From: Thalia democratica
Taxonomy: Eukaryota
NCBI GenBank assembly: GCA_965202585.1
Contig: OZ241827.1
Span: forward strand, 10,788,001 to 10,852,000
Length of the DNA stretch: 64,000 nucleotides
Direction: 5' to 3'
Below the pieces are notes generated by a model that worked only from the letters and a program-made list of their open reading frames with translations, searched no databases and was not told where the DNA came from. A program made the translations under genes and the position numbers. Shown here in pieces: positions 1 through 13,130 of the stretch. Every line of letters begins with the position of its first letter. The first letter of the stretch is position 1.

Positions 1-1183
1 CTTTGACTGTCAGATATTTTAATACTAAACTGAAGTTAAAAGTTTTTAGTTATAAAAAAAGTCAATCTGTTAAAATTACTATTTCGAACAGCGTCTTAAA
101 AGCGATAAAATAAAAGTCTAAAAATACAATTTAGCATCAAAGAATTTCCTTTATATTTCCAATGTTGGATTACTGCTAATCTTGCGAACATTGTCAAAGT
201 TTGATCAATCGACCAGAAGAGATAAAATTTACTAAATATTTTGCCAAAGATAAAACTTCACATTAAAGTCTAGACTAGAAAATAAAATGACCAGTAATAA
301 TTGCTTCATTTGTCATTCATTATTATTTAAAATTGTTGGAATTTAACTGAAAATTAGACATGCAATTCTGACGTTTGTTTTAAAAAGCTTTTTTTGTCTA
401 AAAGTTCAGTGTTTTTGTCAAAATATAAAACTTAAATGATACACTACTTTAGAAACAACATAAAAATGGGTGTTTTCACTACACACAAAGGTTAAATTCC
501 AACACATAAACAACATATTTTAAAAGTATATAGCGTGTTCGACATACAGCAAGTTTAATTTGTCCATTAATATCTTGTTTTTAGTTTTTGACTATTGTTA
601 TCACACTTTAGCTTCTAATTTTTAAAGCAAACACCAAATGTTATCAGCATACTAAACAAAATAACTTCAAAGAGCAAATAAAAGCACATATTTTAAATGT
701 TTGCTTCCACTTAATCCAGCCAATAGAAAGGCTTCGAAAAACTTTTGTGTGTTTGCACAAGTATATTGCTTTGCAAAATATTCAGCACAAGTTGAAAGCG
801 CGGTAATTTTTCTTGCAAATATGATAAGTCGACAAATTATTTTTAAATTTGCACGCTCAATAACTCAATCAGGTTATTTTCAATTTTTACTTTTCTGACT
901 GGTAGATATAAGGCTACTTATCTTTTTGATAAACTACGTAATGCTCATTACGGCAAGTGCTCAGGGTGAAAAGTGTAGAGGCAATTTACATTTTTCAAAA
1001 GCAATTTCAGTTTTTTTTTAGTGCAAACTAGACCAAACCAAATATCCACTTGATTATTTTATTAGTTATTAGATTAAAATTTTGTTGCTTAATTTATTCA
1101 CTTTTGAGGCTTTTGGTGTTTCAAAAAAAAGTACAATCACAAAAACCCTAAAATTAACAAAAAATCACGATCAACAAACTAAC

Positions 1184-1380
1184 ATGGTACTCGGTCGGAA
1201 CCTGAGGTAGGATATAAGGTGCATGCCGTTCCTGGAACACCTGACGGTGGATCCCCTGTAGCAGGAGCAGTACCTGGGGCAGCGGTGCCTGTGCGCCCTA
1301 TACCTTCTGTTTTGCGCCTCATTGCAGGTAATTAACGTTGTGGCGATGATAAGTAGCAGTTGAAAGGTGGACGGCTTCAT
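1184..1380 (-). CDS. Exon 1 of a secreted/cell-surface leucine-rich-repeat protein (signal peptide + LRR N-terminal cap); remaining exons not identified, probably left of the window
   Basis: ATG at 1380; MKPSTFQLLLIIATTLITCNEA is signal-peptide-like; CPRYCSCYRGSTVRCS matches the LRRNT C-P-x-x-C-x-C...V-x-C pattern; GC-rich island in AT-rich DNA; GTTAGT donor at 1183. Confidence 0.75.
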
Positions 1381-2099
1381 TGCATGGCAGTATCAGGTGG
1401 AGATTGTTTGACTTTTTTTTTAATATTTAATTAAACAGTTTGTATGCTTAGAAACTCTGGATAAACAGTTACTATAATACTAATCAGCTTTTAAAAAACT
1501 TTCTTAAAATATTTGATCTCAACTAAAGTCTAATTTTTTATGTGCATTGTATATTTTTTCAGGTTTATAAAAAAAGAATAGTCTAAAAATAATGTTTAAC
1601 TAAAATTAATATCAAACCTTTTAGTTAAACGAGTTTTTGTTAATGTTCTATTAAACCTGTTGTTAAGTAGCAAATTAACAAAACTACTCATCAAAAAATC
1701 TTAAACACAAAAACTTTTTAAATTGACCGTATTCTTCCGCTTATTTGATTTTACTTTGCCTGTGACGTAATTTTAAAAGTTATTTATAACTCAAAATACC
1801 TTGCGCTTGAAATGCAACAGTCAATCAACTAAATCCACGTTAACTTTCTAAATTATCACTAAATCAAAACTGCTAGAAACTTTACATCTTAAAAACTATC
1901 TTATTTGTAAAAAAAAACTCTAACAACGGCTGCAACCGGTCAAAATAATCTCTTAAAAAACGTTTGTCTTTAACGATGTATTTGCACAGCTAAGCTTTTG
2001 TTTGCGAAATAGAACTGGGCAAAAAAAATGCTGTCTTACAATCTTGTAATGAAAAGCTACACTGCTCAACGCGGGAAAAATTCGCCTCACCACTAAAGC

Positions 2100-5000
2100 T
2101 GGCTACTTTACAGTTGAGCAACTAAACTAATTAGCATAAGAAAGTCTTTCGAGTCTTGAAAGCTTTATCGACTGTTACAAGATGTTGTCTTATCCAAGCT
2201 GAGCAGTCTTGTGCGAAATTCAACTTCTTTTTCACATCGCTTCTCTCGTAACGGAAAGCTGAATAGCGCCACATAGCGGATTGATTTTTCTTTATGTTAG
2301 TTGAGGTGTAGATAAAGCTATGTTTGAAACAAATCAGTAGAACAACACTCACGAAAAACTTCAACTAACGGTAAACTTTGTTCAGCTTACAGTTAGTATG
2401 TATGTATTCTTAAATTCACAAAATTTTAAAAGTTTTAATTGCCTTTTTTAAAATTTTTAGTTTATTTATTGTAAATTTAAAATACAAAAATGTTTTTTTT
2501 TGTGTTGAACAGGTATAATATTTTTTCTAAACTTCGTTTTTTAATTCTTAAATTATAATACAAACTTTAAAAAGAAACTTATACACTGGTATTTTTTTAT
2601 TAAAACGTACTTTTTTGTGATTTATTAATAAATTTATGACTAATTAATTTCATAATTAGTAGTTTTCTTACAGCAAAAAATACTGCAAATTTTTACAGTA
2701 AGAGTTATAGAAACTTTTTAGTTTTCAAACTTTTCTGAAGTTGTTTTGTGTGTCAGCATTATAAAATGTTAATTATCTAAAATAAGTACGTTTTTTTTTA
2801 TTTTTTGTTTTAATTGAAACTTACGTGAAAAATTCCTGTTAAGTGAGTTTGTAAAACAGAAGTCATTAATTTGGAATTTTGTACCTGTATAACCTTTAGT
2901 TAAAATTTAAATTATACTTAATAAACTTGGCAATAATTTTTTTTAGTTTCTTTATGTAACTATTAAAGGTCTTTTACACCTATTGTTCGATAAAGAAATA
3001 AAAACAAATTATTTTTGTTAGATAAAATCTTAACCTAGGTTATCTCATATAACTTATAAAAGAGATCTATTAGTATTTTACTGTCTAATATATTGTGTTT
3101 ATGTTTTAGATACTTTTGTATAAATAAACTAAATATATAAATTAGATTAATTTACTGAAAGATTGTAGGGAAAAGTTTAAAACAGTTCTAAACTGATTAA
3201 TAGTTGGTAAAAAAAATCAAAATGTTATATTACGAACTTTTTTTTACGAATTACATGATACTGTTTTAAATTAAAGTATTTACTTTTTATTACACATATG
3301 TTAGTTTTTGGATGTGAAAAAAAACTAATTTGAATTTTTTTGTTTTATTTTCAAATAATATCAAAATTAATTAAAAACTTGGATTAGTTTCTTAAAGATA
3401 TTGACAAATTTGTTTTTTTAAAACTTGAAGGTTATAATTATTTATTAGGACATGATTGTAAAAAAACTTTTTTTGATCAGTGCAAAAAAAAATAGACATG
3501 CAAATGATTTAATGCTCACCAAGTTTAAATTTTCTTTAAACAAAGTAAATAAAAGTTTTAAAAGTTCAACTTAAATTAAATATATGTTATAGATGACCAA
3601 GTTTGCGTCAATAGAAACAAGATACACTTTACCAAAAAAGTAATTAATACAAAAATACTTTTTATACGTTTAGTTTAAAATTTTACAAGTAACAACTAGT
3701 TATAGCTCTTACAAACTTAAACAAAAAACTAAAAAGTAAATTATAAAAAACATATAAAATTAGATAATCGCAAAATTAAAAAAAAAACAACGCACTTTGC
3801 AAACTGATTAATATTGTTTTTGATTTAGCCTATTGAAGCTTAAACTATTTTACCTACCTACATAAATTTGAACGCAGAATTAAATTCATTCTTTCAAAAG
3901 ACTTAAGCAAAACTTAAATTGTTTTGTAAAATTAGTGTTATATAAAGTAATAAAAATTTCTTTTGTATGATAGGCATTCGTAAACATTTAAGTTTTTAAA
4001 CTCAAACAAACAATAAAAACGAGTAAAGTGTTTACTATTATTTGTGTGTAAACAAAATGGCAAACAAAACATTATTTGATTGAAAAAATGCCTAACACAG
4101 CAGTAATTGTTTGCAAAACTGATTAATCATCATGAAATTTTACAGCTGTGTTAGTTTATATGCTAAAAGTATTTCATAAGCTGCTGAAAAATCATTTATA
4201 TAAATTTTGAAATCATTTTGCTTTTATTAAGTTTAATGCGATCAAATATTAAAATAAAGTTTAGCTTTACCGTATTATTTGATTCTGTCAAAACAGCAGT
4301 GTAACTTGTAATGTTAGAAAATATCTGTTTTAAAGTAATTCGCATTAAGTGGTATATATCGAATAAAAATCTTAACTTAAAAACGAAAAGTTGTTTTTAT
4401 AAACCAATTAATTCTGTCAACACGTCACTCTAATTTAAAGCACTTGATATATATTTGTTTAATTATATTACAGCATTAAAAAAAAACCTTTAGTACAGAT
4501 GTTTAGTTAAACTCGTTTAGTTGTAGTATAACAAAAGGTTTAACTTATAACTATTCACCGAATTAAGAACAAAACTAGATATCAACAAACAATACTTTAA
4601 ACACCAGAGCTTATGTTTAATTGAGGCTAAAAGTTCATTAAACTTTATTAAACCTTTCATAAAACAGCTTACTATTGTTTACATTACGAACAGTGCGTGA
4701 AATTTGAAAAATTTCGATTAAAGAGTTAAGTTTATATTTGAGCTGTTAACTACGTGTGTGTTCTAAAATAAACAAAAGTTACTGAGGTTTTGAATTCACA
4801 TAGCACTTTAAATGCTAATAAAAAGAAACTTATTATAAGATTAAGTTATTTATTTTCTAGTCAATTGTGATATAAATAAATAAATAAAAATATTTGAAGA
4901 CTAACTGTTGCTTACATAATATAACGTTTTTAAAAACTTTTGGTATCAAAAGTTTACCATAATTTTTCAAAGATACATTAGAATTATGAAGGTTTGAGTA

Positions 5001-6450
5001 ACTCGTAAGCAATCTAAATTAGTCAGTATTAAAAAAAATTACTTAGTATGATAGAGTTTTTAATATTACAAAAACCTCTGTGGCCTTCTACGAAACACCA
5101 TAAAAAAAATTAATATAAAGTATCTGTCACAGATTCAACAAGCTATGTGGTCTTACAATAAGTTTCAACTTATACTTCACTTAAGGGGGCAAAAAATAGT
5201 TAATCATCTGTTTTATAAGAGTTTTTTTAGAATATTTGTTTAAAAAATTTACCAATGATATACTTTTTTGTATTTAGGTCCTGTGATACAATTATAAGTT
5301 TAACAAACAACTTTTAGCTCTTAAAGTTTTATATACAATTTTTAGAATATATTTTGACTTTAACAACTTCATAAACATACATTTATTTAGGTTCGGCAAC
5401 TTCTAAAAATTAAAAGGTTTTATATAAATTCAAGTTTAAAACTATTTTAAGGTTACATGAAAACTCAAATTCAGACTTCTCGAACTCTGAAAATTCAAAT
5501 TCTAATAAAAAATATTTAAAAGACTATATATTGAAAAGTACTATAAATTTGAAAAAAATTAAAATTGCGTATATAAATCTTATTAATATCTACAAGCCAC
5601 CTTTATCTATTTTTGAAAAATCTAAAATATTTTAAAGATATTTTAAAATTAATAAAAATAACTATATTACTTTAACATATTTAAAAATTACTTTAATAAA
5701 GCCATATTAAAAAATATTTAGTTTTTATCATACACATTTCTTTATTATTTTTATCACAATTTTTTATTAAGGGTTTGAATTGTCGGCATTTGAATTTCCG
5801 ATTTTTTATAGTGGTGCAGCCTATTAATATGCTAAGGTTTTGATTTTTAATCAAGTTTACAAAGTAAACTAAAAAGCCGAAAATTATTAAATGATTCAAA
5901 CCTTACAACTTGTACTACATACATAAATGTCGTTTTAAAACTCAAGCTATGACTTTTTTTCATTTAATGATAGCTCAAAGGTGGTCTAGATTTAAATTTC
6001 TACTGAGCTGAATAATACTGAATTACTTTATGTAGAGAGTAATAAATCTCAATATAGATTCAAATAAACACTGTTCACCGTAAATTGAGATGTTTCTATG
6101 TCGAGTAAGAATAGCCGAGATTAAAGGTTTAAAAAGCTTTTACTGAGGGTTTTTCTCTTAACAAGTTAGATTTTTAGGTGCCGAGCTTATTTAATCGTTT
6201 TGTTTTTGCTTTTCTAGAAAGTAGTCATTATATTTTTTTTTCAGTTTTAACACTTTACTTTTGAACAAAATTGTCTAATATTTTTATAAGTTTTGATAGT
6301 GAAATTTTTTATTAAAGGTATAGTTTTTTGTTTAAATGTTGTTAATCTTCAAGGTCATAAAAGTCTTAAACTCTAAAATTAAAACTTTATTTAACATTTA
6401 GTATTGTTTATTTTTGCACAAAGACTCTTACTACTTTTTAGTAAGCAACC
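2100..6450. repeat. Degenerate ~3.5-4 kb duplicated unit, copy A
   Basis: Shares colinear blocks with 9.5-12.7 kb and 17-20 kb, e.g. AAAAATGCCTAACACAGCAGT (4085/10840/17915), CATTACG..AGTGCGT.AAATTTGAAAAATTTC (4682/11455/18343), GTCGAGTAAGAATAGCCGAGAT (6100/12500). Boundaries approximate. Confidence 0.75.
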
Positions 6451-8289
6451 CATTAATTATCAAAACATCATTTTAATTTGAAAATAAACTTAGTAAACGT
6501 TTACTAAACATGTTATATAAAAAAGCTTTAATTGTACCAAGTAGAAGTATAGTATAGCTATATATTGAAAATTTGGACTATAATAAAACTTAAGCTAAGA
6601 TTACAACATAATTGAGTATCATAAGAAAATGTATTTTTAACTCAAAATTAATAGTTAGTCCAATAGTATACAAAGTTAGTATTAAATTAAATTTACTTTA
6701 ATCTTAAATTTAAAAAATTAAAGCTTACTTTAGTTTAAAAAAGATTAAAAATGTTCTAATTTAAATACACTAAAATAGTATAAAACCATTTAATGCTTTA
6801 CAATGCATGTGAACAGAATTTTCTGAGAAGATTAAGTAGTTTCAACAAATACTATGAAGAAATAATTTAAGTGTATTTAGGGTTAAATGTCAACCCAGTT
6901 AAACCGATATGGGATTAATTTTTCATGTGACAATTAGTTTGTAACGAATTTTTTAAAGCAGATTAAGACAGCTTTGAAATTATAGCTTTTAAGAACATAT
7001 ATAACACAAAGTAAAAAAATACATTTTTGTGTAAACCAAACTTCACGTACCATAAAAAATGTTCAAGTTTTGCTAATACTTTACAGCTAAAGTTTTTAGC
7101 TTTATCATGACATTATTGTTAAAAAATTCCCTAAATAGTTATTAACAAACTATTTAAATTTTGATTTAGTAATTTTAATTTTGAAGTTTCTTAAATTAAG
7201 AACTACTGCTGAATAATGTTCTATTGAAATAAAAAACTAAAGTGTTACTTTTTTAAAACACTTCCAAATAGAACTATTTTTTTTAACTTGAATACTTTGC
7301 GTGTTAAATAACAAACCAAATAATCTGCTATTTTTATACTGTAATGCTAAAAAAGCGTGTGAATATTTAGTAAACAATTTCTAATAGAAGAGTTTTTCTT
7401 TTTGTATACACTCAGCAACTCAAATTATTTAAACAAGTTCGTTATTGTGCTATTAAGAACAAAAATATTTACTCAAGTACTTTTAAACTTAACGACTTAA
7501 ACTTTTCTTGCTGTAAAAGTTTATTTCCCTTCTATTGATAACTTTAAGTTTCTTTTGTTTTTAACTACTATTTATAGTACAATAAAACGTAATTTAAGGC
7601 ATATTTTTTACTTACTTTAGTTTTTAATTTAGTATTCGCTACTTATTTGTGTTGGCTAGAAGTAAAGACTTAAAAACCTAAAAACTTAATTTTAAAAGAC
7701 GTTATCAAATCTATATGTTTCAAAAACTATTTCAAATATACCCTAACGAAATGTTTTTTTTGTATTTGTCAAATAAAACCAACAAAATTTGCTAAGCTTG
7801 TGTCTAATATTGTTTTACATATTTTTTAAATGTAAAAAGCTTTTAACGACAAAACTGTCGTGTTTTCAATTAAGGTGTTTAAATAAATTCTGTAAAACAT
7901 TTTGATTAAAATATTTTTAGTTTCCTAGCTAAAAACTTAAATAAGATATTAGTTTATTTCATTAAATTTCAAAGTATTTATTGTTATATTTTAAACTAAG
8001 CTGGTTAATTCTTTAAATTCATTATTTTGCTTTTAGTCAAAAGGATTAGTAAGTTTAATAATACAATAAAACTTGGTTTTGAATTATATAACTTGTTACA
8101 AAACCAATTATTCGTGGCAAAGTACAGCGATTGATTTCAATAAGTATAATAAACAAATTTAAAACTATTACATTTAGTCTTTTCTTAACTAAATTATTAA
8201 TTTTTAGTTGTATTTGTTGTTAAAACAGTTTTTTGATCTATTGTAAGCATTACGTTAGGGTCATAACTATATATATTGTTATAAAAGCT

Positions 8290-8690
8290 GTTCTAGACAA
8301 GACGTTAAAAGGAATCCGTAGTATGCGATTCAACAACCGATAGGTTTGTTCCTAGGATCCACCAGGTCCTAGGATCAAATATTTTGAGCTTATTTGTTGT
8401 CGTTCATATAGTTGATAACACTTTCAAGACTCGAAAGAATTTCTTGTGCTAGTTAGTCAAGTTGCTCAACTTTTAAGTAGCCAGGCTTACTGTTTAGGTT
8501 TAATATCAAAGTTTAAAAAATCATTTTTAAACTTTAGACACTGTTCACATCCTTTATACAAGATATTGGAATAAGGTCGTGAACTATTTTATCCAATGTT
8601 TATTTGGCGTAATTAGCTGCATAAAGTAGTGTAACAGATCTATTCCGGTTGAAATATTTGGGCTGTGTCCAAAGTGTGTATAAAAAAGAA
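8290..8690. repeat. Inverted mosaic copy joining a module homologous to 19012-19130 with one homologous to ~1900-2180
   Basis: GACAAGACGTTAAAAGG..TCCGT (8297) is the reverse complement of ~19100-19125; CTTTCAAGACTCGAAAGA.TTTCTT.TGCTA.TTAGT..AGTTGCTCAAC (8420) is the reverse complement of 2115-2165. Confidence 0.7.
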
Positions 8691-9149
8691 ACAACTAAAA
8701 TTTAAATTTTTAATTTTAAAATCATCTTACTGCGTATGCAAGCAAGATGAAGCAAAAAAAAATTAAATATTACAAAAATAATTCTTCAGAAATATATGAA
8801 ACTGAAATATTTTAAAGCCTTTAACAAATTTTACCCGATATCACAGCATCATAAACTAAAATATTTTTCTTTATAAAATTAAAATTTGAAGCTACGAATG
8901 ATACTATTTATAAAATTGTTTTTACTATACTTTAAATATTATACAATTTAATTCTCATATACATTACCGAGATTAGTCCGTAACTATACTTTAATTTTTT
9001 TTTTAATTTCTATAGATCGTCTACCGGTTGGTAAAAAAGCAACTATCATGTAATGTGTTTATATAAAAACGATAGTTACTTAACGTAATAAAGATTTTAA
9101 CTAAAATTAAACACAATACAATTTTTCATTAGTTTATTTAATGTATATG

Positions 9150-12100
9150 ACATTTTATTACTATAGTCTAAGTTTAAAGTTTTATATCATAATGCGCTTT
9201 TGTGTAAATCAAGTGTAAAGTTGTTTTGTAAACGTTTAATTTTTGTAGTTTTTTCATTATAATAAAAGTTTTAATTTTTTTTATATATTAATAACACCGC
9301 ATATTAATAACTTATTTTTTTTGCGAGTTTGTTAGTTTTTATCAATATAATTTAAAATAAGTTTTATTTTAGTTCCTCCTAAAGTTTAAATTTTAGTTGG
9401 TAACCTTGACAATTTAACATCATAAATAAGTTTTCAGTTTTTGATAGTTTTAAATTAATTTTTTTAGTTTATTATAAAATTTAGTAATTTAAAACTTTCT
9501 GAATTTATTTTATGTGCCGTCAGCATTATACAATGTTAATTATGTAAAATGAGTAATTTTTTTTAACTTCTGTTAGTTTTATTTTACGTACAAAGTCTTT
9601 TTTTTCCTGTTAATTGAGTTTGTAAAATAAAAGTCATTAAATTTTGTACCTGTTTAAACTATACCTGAAATTTACGTTGTATTCAATAAAAAATATAAAT
9701 ACTTTACAACCTTTTTTTAATTTTCTTTTTCTGATAGTTTTAGGTATTTTACGCCTACTACCTCAAACATAAATAAATAATTTTTTAGATTAAATTTTTT
9801 CATATATTTTCTAACATTGCTTATATAAAATATTAATTTTTAAATGCTTATAATTTTGTTTATACTTTTAAAATACTTTTCATAATTAAACTAGATATTT
9901 AGATTAAGAAAATATACTAATAAGAAAAAAAAATTAAGATTACAGCAAAGCGTATGAAATAGTACTAAATTAACTTTTTGTCGTAAAAAAAATATAAAAA
10001 TTATGTTATCAACATTATTCGTGTTAAACAATTAGATAATAATGCATGAGTTTATAGTGTTATAAATTGAAATATTTTTATTAAACATATGCTAGATTTG
10101 TATATAAAACAAATTAATTTGAATTATTCTTTTTCCTTCAAACTTCATTTATATAAATTAAAAACTTGGCTTAGTAACTTAAAGATATTGATAAACTTGT
10201 GTTTTAAAACTTAAAAGTTATACTTATTTATTAGGACATAATGGTAAACAAATGTTATAGATTCCAGCCAGAAAAATAAAACATATAAACGTTGTAATGC
10301 ATTTTAGCTAAGTTTAAAAATTTCAATTCAAATTTTAGAAAAACTATATTTCACCAAGTTTGCATCAATAAAAACAGAAATAATTATTAAAAAAAGTCCT
10401 TGATATATAAAAAAAGTATGTGTTTAATTTAAAGTTTTCAAATAACAGCTAATTATTACTTTTATAAACTGTAAAAAAGTACATACTAATTATAAAAAAT
10501 ACATAAAAAAGTTTTATCGTATAAACTAAAAAAAAGACGTTTAATTTAAACTACTCAATATTTTTTTAGACTTAGTTTAATGTAGCTTCAACAATTTTAC
10601 TGAATTAAGATATCAATTTAGAAACACAATTGAATAATTTTTTTAAAAAGACTTAAACTAAAATTTAATTCGTTTTATAAAATTAGTGACTGGTAGAGTA
10701 GTAAAAACTGCTCTTGCATCTTAGATATAAATACTGATGTAAATAAGCTTTGGAATCAAACAATAAGTTAAAAACAAGTAAAGTGTTTACCGTTATTTTT
10801 ATGCAAGCAAAATAGCGAACAAAACATTATTTGATTGAAAAATGCCTAACACAGCAGTAACTGTTTACAAAATAAATTAATCATCATGAAGTTTTACAGC
10901 TGTGTAACTTGTGATGCTAAAAATATTTCATAATTTGCTGAAGATCATTTAAGTTTAATCATTGTTTTGCATATATTATATTGAAAGCAGTGAAAGTGCA
11001 GATTAAATTTTATAACAAACTGTTGTTACAATGAATAAATTTATTCTGTCAAGACAGTTAGGTAAGTTGTAATATTGAAAATTATCAAGCTGTTTTTAAA
11101 TAACTTGCATTAAGTCTAAAAAACATTTATCGAGTGAAAAGTTAAAGCAAAAGAAAAAAAAGCTTTTATAAACTAGCTAATTCTGTCTAGACATCATTTA
11201 AATTAAAATTATTTTATTGATTGGTTTCAAATATTTTATAACCTTTTTTCTAAAATAATTTTTAGTACAGATGTTTATTAAACTCGTTAAATTAAAGTAT
11301 AATAAAAAGTTTTAACTTATAACTCATCCCCAAGTAAACACCAAAACTAGATAATAAAATACACTACTTTTGACATCAAAAATTTTTGTTTGGTCGAGGT
11401 TAAAAGTTCATTAAATTGTACTAAACCTTCAATAAACCAACTCATTTTTGTTTACATTACGGGTAGTGCGTAAAATTTGAAAAATTTCAATTACAGAGTT
11501 TAGTTTATACTTGAGCTTTTAACTATGTGTGTGTTCTAAAATAAACAAAAGTTAGTGATATTTCAAGTAGATGTTGTACTGTAAATGCTGATAAGTAGAA
11601 AGCTATTAGAAGCTTAAGTTTTACAAGTAATAATCAAACACAATATAAAGCAAATAAGTTACTTATTATATAGAATAACTGTATCTTACATTACATAAAT
11701 TTTATTTTAACTGTTTTTTAATACCATTTTACTTTTATTTTTCTTGAACACTTTAGTTTAGGTGAACTATTAAGTAACTTGTTAACAATCTAAATTAGTC
11801 AACATTTAAAAAATTACTTAGTATGGTAGAATCGTTAACATTACAAAAACCTCTATGACCTTTTACGAAACACCATAAAAAAAATTTAATGCAATGTATC
11901 TGTCACAGATTCAACAAGCTAGGTGGTCTTACAATAAGATTCAACTTTTATTTCACGAACAGTTAAGCTTCTGTTTTGTCTGAATTTTTTTAATGATATT
12001 AGTTTAAAGAATTTATTGATGGTTTACATTTTTGTATTTAGGTTCTGAGATGCATTTATAAATCTAAAAAACAATTTTAAGTTCTTAAATTTTTATACTT

Positions 12101-13130
12101 ATTTTTTAGAATACATTTTGACTTAAACAAGTTCATAAACATACGTCTATTTAGGTTTGGCAGCTCTTAAAAATATAAAGAATTTATAAAAACTCAAACC
12201 TATAACTGTTTTAAGTAGTTATTGGTTGATTTTTAATCAAGTTTTTAAAGTAGTTTTTTAAACTTTCAGTTGAGCCAAAAATATTAAAATAATGCAAAGT
12301 TTACAACTTAAATAAAATTATAAAATTTTCGTTTAAAAATCTCAAGTTATGATTTTCTTTAATTTTATTTATAGTTCAAAGGTGATCTATTTTCAATTTT
12401 TACTGAGCAGAACAATATTAAATTACTTTTTTTAGAAAGTAATAAATCTCAATATGGTTTTAAATATACACTTTTTAATGTAATTTGAGATTTTATTAAG
12501 TCGAGTAAGAATAGCCGAGATAAAGGTTTTAAAAACTGTGATTGAGGGATTTTTTTCATTTGGGTAGTTTTTTAGGTTTCAAAATTTAGTTATTCGTGTT
12601 GTTTATTTCTACAGAAAGTAGTTAATATTTTTTTTTTTAGTTTTCATACTCTAATTTTGAATAAAAGTATCTAATGTTTTTATAAGTTCAGATAGCAAAA
12701 TTTAAATACTTATACACTTGTAACAAATCATTAAATTTTTACGTATTTTTCTTAAAACTATTTTTGGTTATTTTTGTAGCTTTGTTTTTACAGTTTTCTT
12801 ATAAATGTTTTAATTAACTTTCAAAAAAAAAAATTAAATTTTCAAAAAGATAACAACTTTACAATTGTAAAGTTTCTAAATAAATAAACTACAAACGGAT
12901 ATATAAAATCAGCTTTTTTTATACAATTGGCAAAATGTTTGTTTTAACTTTTACGTACTCTATTCTTTTATTGACATCAATGTTTTCAATTGCCAAAAAT
13001 TTTACAATGTTCTTAGAAATTACTGATCACAATTCGTTTGGCTAGTTGTTTTGTGTTTCGGCACAGACACTGTTTCTAGGTGGTAAAAATTTAGATACGT
13101 GTTTTTATATTATGTTTCTAGGTAGTACAA
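9150..13130. repeat. Degenerate duplicated unit, copy B
   Basis: Colinear with 2750-6300; its right end (TCGGCA...CACTGTTTCTA.GTGGTA, ~13060) also matches ~20280. Boundaries approximate. Confidence 0.75.

Noticed and set aside
701-898. ORF-track 65-aa ORF; likewise 5693-5899, 20609-20794, 39600-39905 and 51830-52057
   Set aside because: AT-rich F/L/I/K-biased chance ORFs, mostly with non-ATG starts, no motifs, and not frame-conserved across repeat copies where these exist.
100-900. Downstream exons of the LRR gene
   Set aside because: No AG/GT-bounded frame with a convincing LxxLxLxxN pattern was found.
2131-2364. 77-aa ORF resembling a secreted peptide
   Set aside because: TTG start; the homologous stretches at ~17000-17060 and ~8410-8470 are frameshifted or partial.
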